Part shown: piece by piece, positions 61,963 through 64,000 of the stretch
How the letters are laid out: the number at the start of each line of letters is the position of its first letter
Numbering within the stretch: position 1 is the stretch's first letter
Assembly (NCBI GenBank): GCA_002269645.1
Contig: NIVC01000349.1
Span: forward strand, 310,001-374,000
Direction of reading: 5' to 3'
DNA length: 64,000 nt
DNA from: Macrostomum lignano
Taxonomy: Eukaryota
Notes under the pieces: model-generated
The model's input: only the letters and a program-made list of their open reading frames with translations
Databases searched by the model: none
Told to the model about the DNA's origin: nothing
Translations under genes and position numbers: made by a program

Positions 61963-63032
61963 CGGGAGTAGGAGATTTGCTAGCAGGAAATCTGCTAGCC
62001 GAAATCTGCTAGCCGAAATTTGCTAGCCGAAACCTGCTAGCCGAGGTTTGCTAGCCGAATTTTGCTAGCCGAAATCTGCTGGCTCATCAGTTCAAGTGCT
62101 TGGAAAGTCAGTTTGTCATTGTGGGGGACAGAATACTCTCAAGTCGCAATCAGATAGCTCGTAGTAGGACAGTAGTTGAATTCCTTACTGAACTGTCAAG
62201 GCTTAACGTTACCAGAGAAGGCTATAAAAAGTTATTCCAATTTTCCCTCACAGTTATTCCTATCACCTGATCCTTGGTCTGGGGGAATGAGTGAGTGCAG
62301 TAGCACAAACAGCAGAAAAAGCAGACAAACTTCACATGCCTACAGTTTCTGTTCTAACTGAAGTACAAAGTTGAGACTTTATATTTAGACAGAGAATGAG
62401 TCAACGAACAATTGTATAAAGTTTGAAGTCAATCGCTGTATACGTGGAGCAAACTTGTGTCAGCTGAAAGTTAATCAATTTTAAACCCTTTTCACACATC
62501 TGTCTAGTGGCCAGGAAGGAGAGAGACGGATGTTGGGGTGGCTGTCTCGCTGACAAAAAGCAGACTAACTTTAAAAGTACACAGTGCCGTTCAGAATTAA
62601 CTTCGAGACTCGAAACTTTATACGATTGTGTCAAAATAGTTGAAAATTGGATTGTGTCCAATTTGAAGAGGATTGGTAAAAGTGGAGCGACGCTATAGAG
62701 GATTTAATTAAATTCTTGCGAAACTTGACAAGCAAATTGTCTCTACCTAATTACAACTTCCTGAGTTCGGCTAGCCAAATTGCTGCTTGCCGGTTTTGGT
62801 TGGATTCTCGCTAGCAGATTTCGGCTAGCTAAATTCTCGCTAGCAAAATTCCTGCTAGCAAATCCCGGCTAGCAAAATTCCTGCTAGCAAATCTCGGCTA
62901 GCAAAATTCCTGCTAGCAAGCTTCGGCTAGCAAACCTCGGCTAGCAGGTTTCCGCTAGCAGGTTTCGGCTAGCAAATTTCGGCTAGCAAACTTCGGCTAG
63001 CAGATTTCCTGCTAGCAAATTTCATAGACCCG
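61963..63032 (-). mobile_element. GCTAGC subterminal-repeat element (copy 2)
   Basis: Inverted arrays at both ends. The interior is the reverse complement of the 21.9-23.4 kb copy, minus the nested MITE. Confidence 0.85.
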
Positions 63033-63179
63033 CTTAGCACAAGCTACTGAAAACCGCGTATATTGAAACCGTGGAATTTCAATCCCCGAAACTACTTTTG
63101 CATGTTTTCCAAAATCTGAAGTCATATTCCAACAAAAACTTGTCAATAGTTAAAATGGCTGGGGTGCTGCGCACCTGGA

Positions 63180-64000
63180 AAGCTCAAACTAGGGGGTGGC
63201 CTATGTACGGTTCTGCGCTCGGTGGGACAGGTCTGAAGAGTGGGAGCTTCATAGTCTGCTCAATCTTCTTCTTCAGTCCATCATCCGTAGATGGAATCGG
63301 GCGCATTTTGGCATCTAAGGCTCTCGCAAGCATGTCAGCCTTGTCAGAGTCTGTGTGTGCGAGGGTGGCGCCATCATTCACGGACGGAATAGTGGTGCCC
63401 TTTTTTCGCCCCATCAATTTTTTGTGTCTTGCCAGAAGTCCTTGACATTCCGACGCTGACTTTTTTAAACTATTTTCTCGCACAATTGGGTGAATTGGCC
63501 CTGCTCAAACGAATGAATGGCGCTTTTATTTCCTTCGCCTTCCTATTCGCGAGGAGCCTGAAGTTGTCGTCCCTGGTGCTATGGTACAGACGCCGGAGCT
63601 TTCTCCTCTCCTTGATCATAGCAATGATCCTCTGGGGGAGGGCTCTACGGCTATTTCTGAACGGGACGTTTTCCTCGATAGTCTTCTGGATCGCACCGGT
63701 GATGAAGTCAACCTCCGCATCAATTTGCTGCCTGGTTCTTAGGTCTGGAGGCCATGCATCAATCATATTTTCCATAAGGCTATTTTGGAACTCCTCCCAG
63801 TTGGCTTTAGCAAAATTTCGAGCCCTCTCTGGCCCTTGCCAGTCTGGGGAGTTACTTGCCAGGGTAAGAATAATTGGAAGGTGATCGCTATTCAGGTCGT
63901 CACCCACTTTGAAGTTCTGGATGTAGGGGCCAAGGTCACTGGAGGCCAGACCTAGGTCCAGCACATTCCGGGAGACTGTTCCTTGTCGATGGGCTATTCT
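63180..64000 (-). pseudogene. Jockey/I-like LINE ORF2 fragment (APE C-terminus plus linker)
   Basis: LDLGLAS...VGDDLNSDHLPII...ANWEEF...KADMLA. It stops before the RT domain. Confidence 0.85.

Noticed and set aside
1-64000. Hammerhead or HDV ribozymes, rRNA, intact tRNA genes, Polinton DNA methyltransferase
   Set aside because: No convincing CTGANGA...GAAA core with stems, nested pseudoknot, cloverleaf or MTase motif was seen by eye. An Infernal/HMMER scan would be needed to exclude them.

Overview
This is AT-rich animal (invertebrate-like, short introns) genomic DNA made almost entirely of nested transposable-element debris. No host gene could be identified with confidence. The main feature is an 8.0-kb Polinton/Maverick-type element at 2303-10328. 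It has AGTAGT...ACTACT termini, ~245-bp TIRs that each fold back on themselves, and a 6-bp CACTAG target-site duplication, and it splits the integrase of a Gypsy retrotransposon. It keeps a degenerate PLA2-integrase gene, but I see no DNA polymerase, capsid, ATPase or protease. Instead it carries unusual cargo. (1) A SETD8/PR-Set7-like histone methyltransferase exon missed by the ORF track (6667-7266, minus strand), with all SET motifs intact and Phe at the Phe/Tyr switch. (2) An ELM2-SANT-type corepressor SANT domain. (3) A PD-(D/E)XK type II restriction-endonuclease-like gene. Upstream of the Gypsy gag lies a ~560-codon orphan ORF, possibly of RNA-virus origin. The rest of the window holds a MULE remnant, a tRNA-derived SINE, Jockey/I-like LINEs, a mariner, CACTA/EnSpm transposase and DUF4806-like genes, several MITEs and tandem repeats. 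Family assignments come from motifs I recognise, not from database searches.
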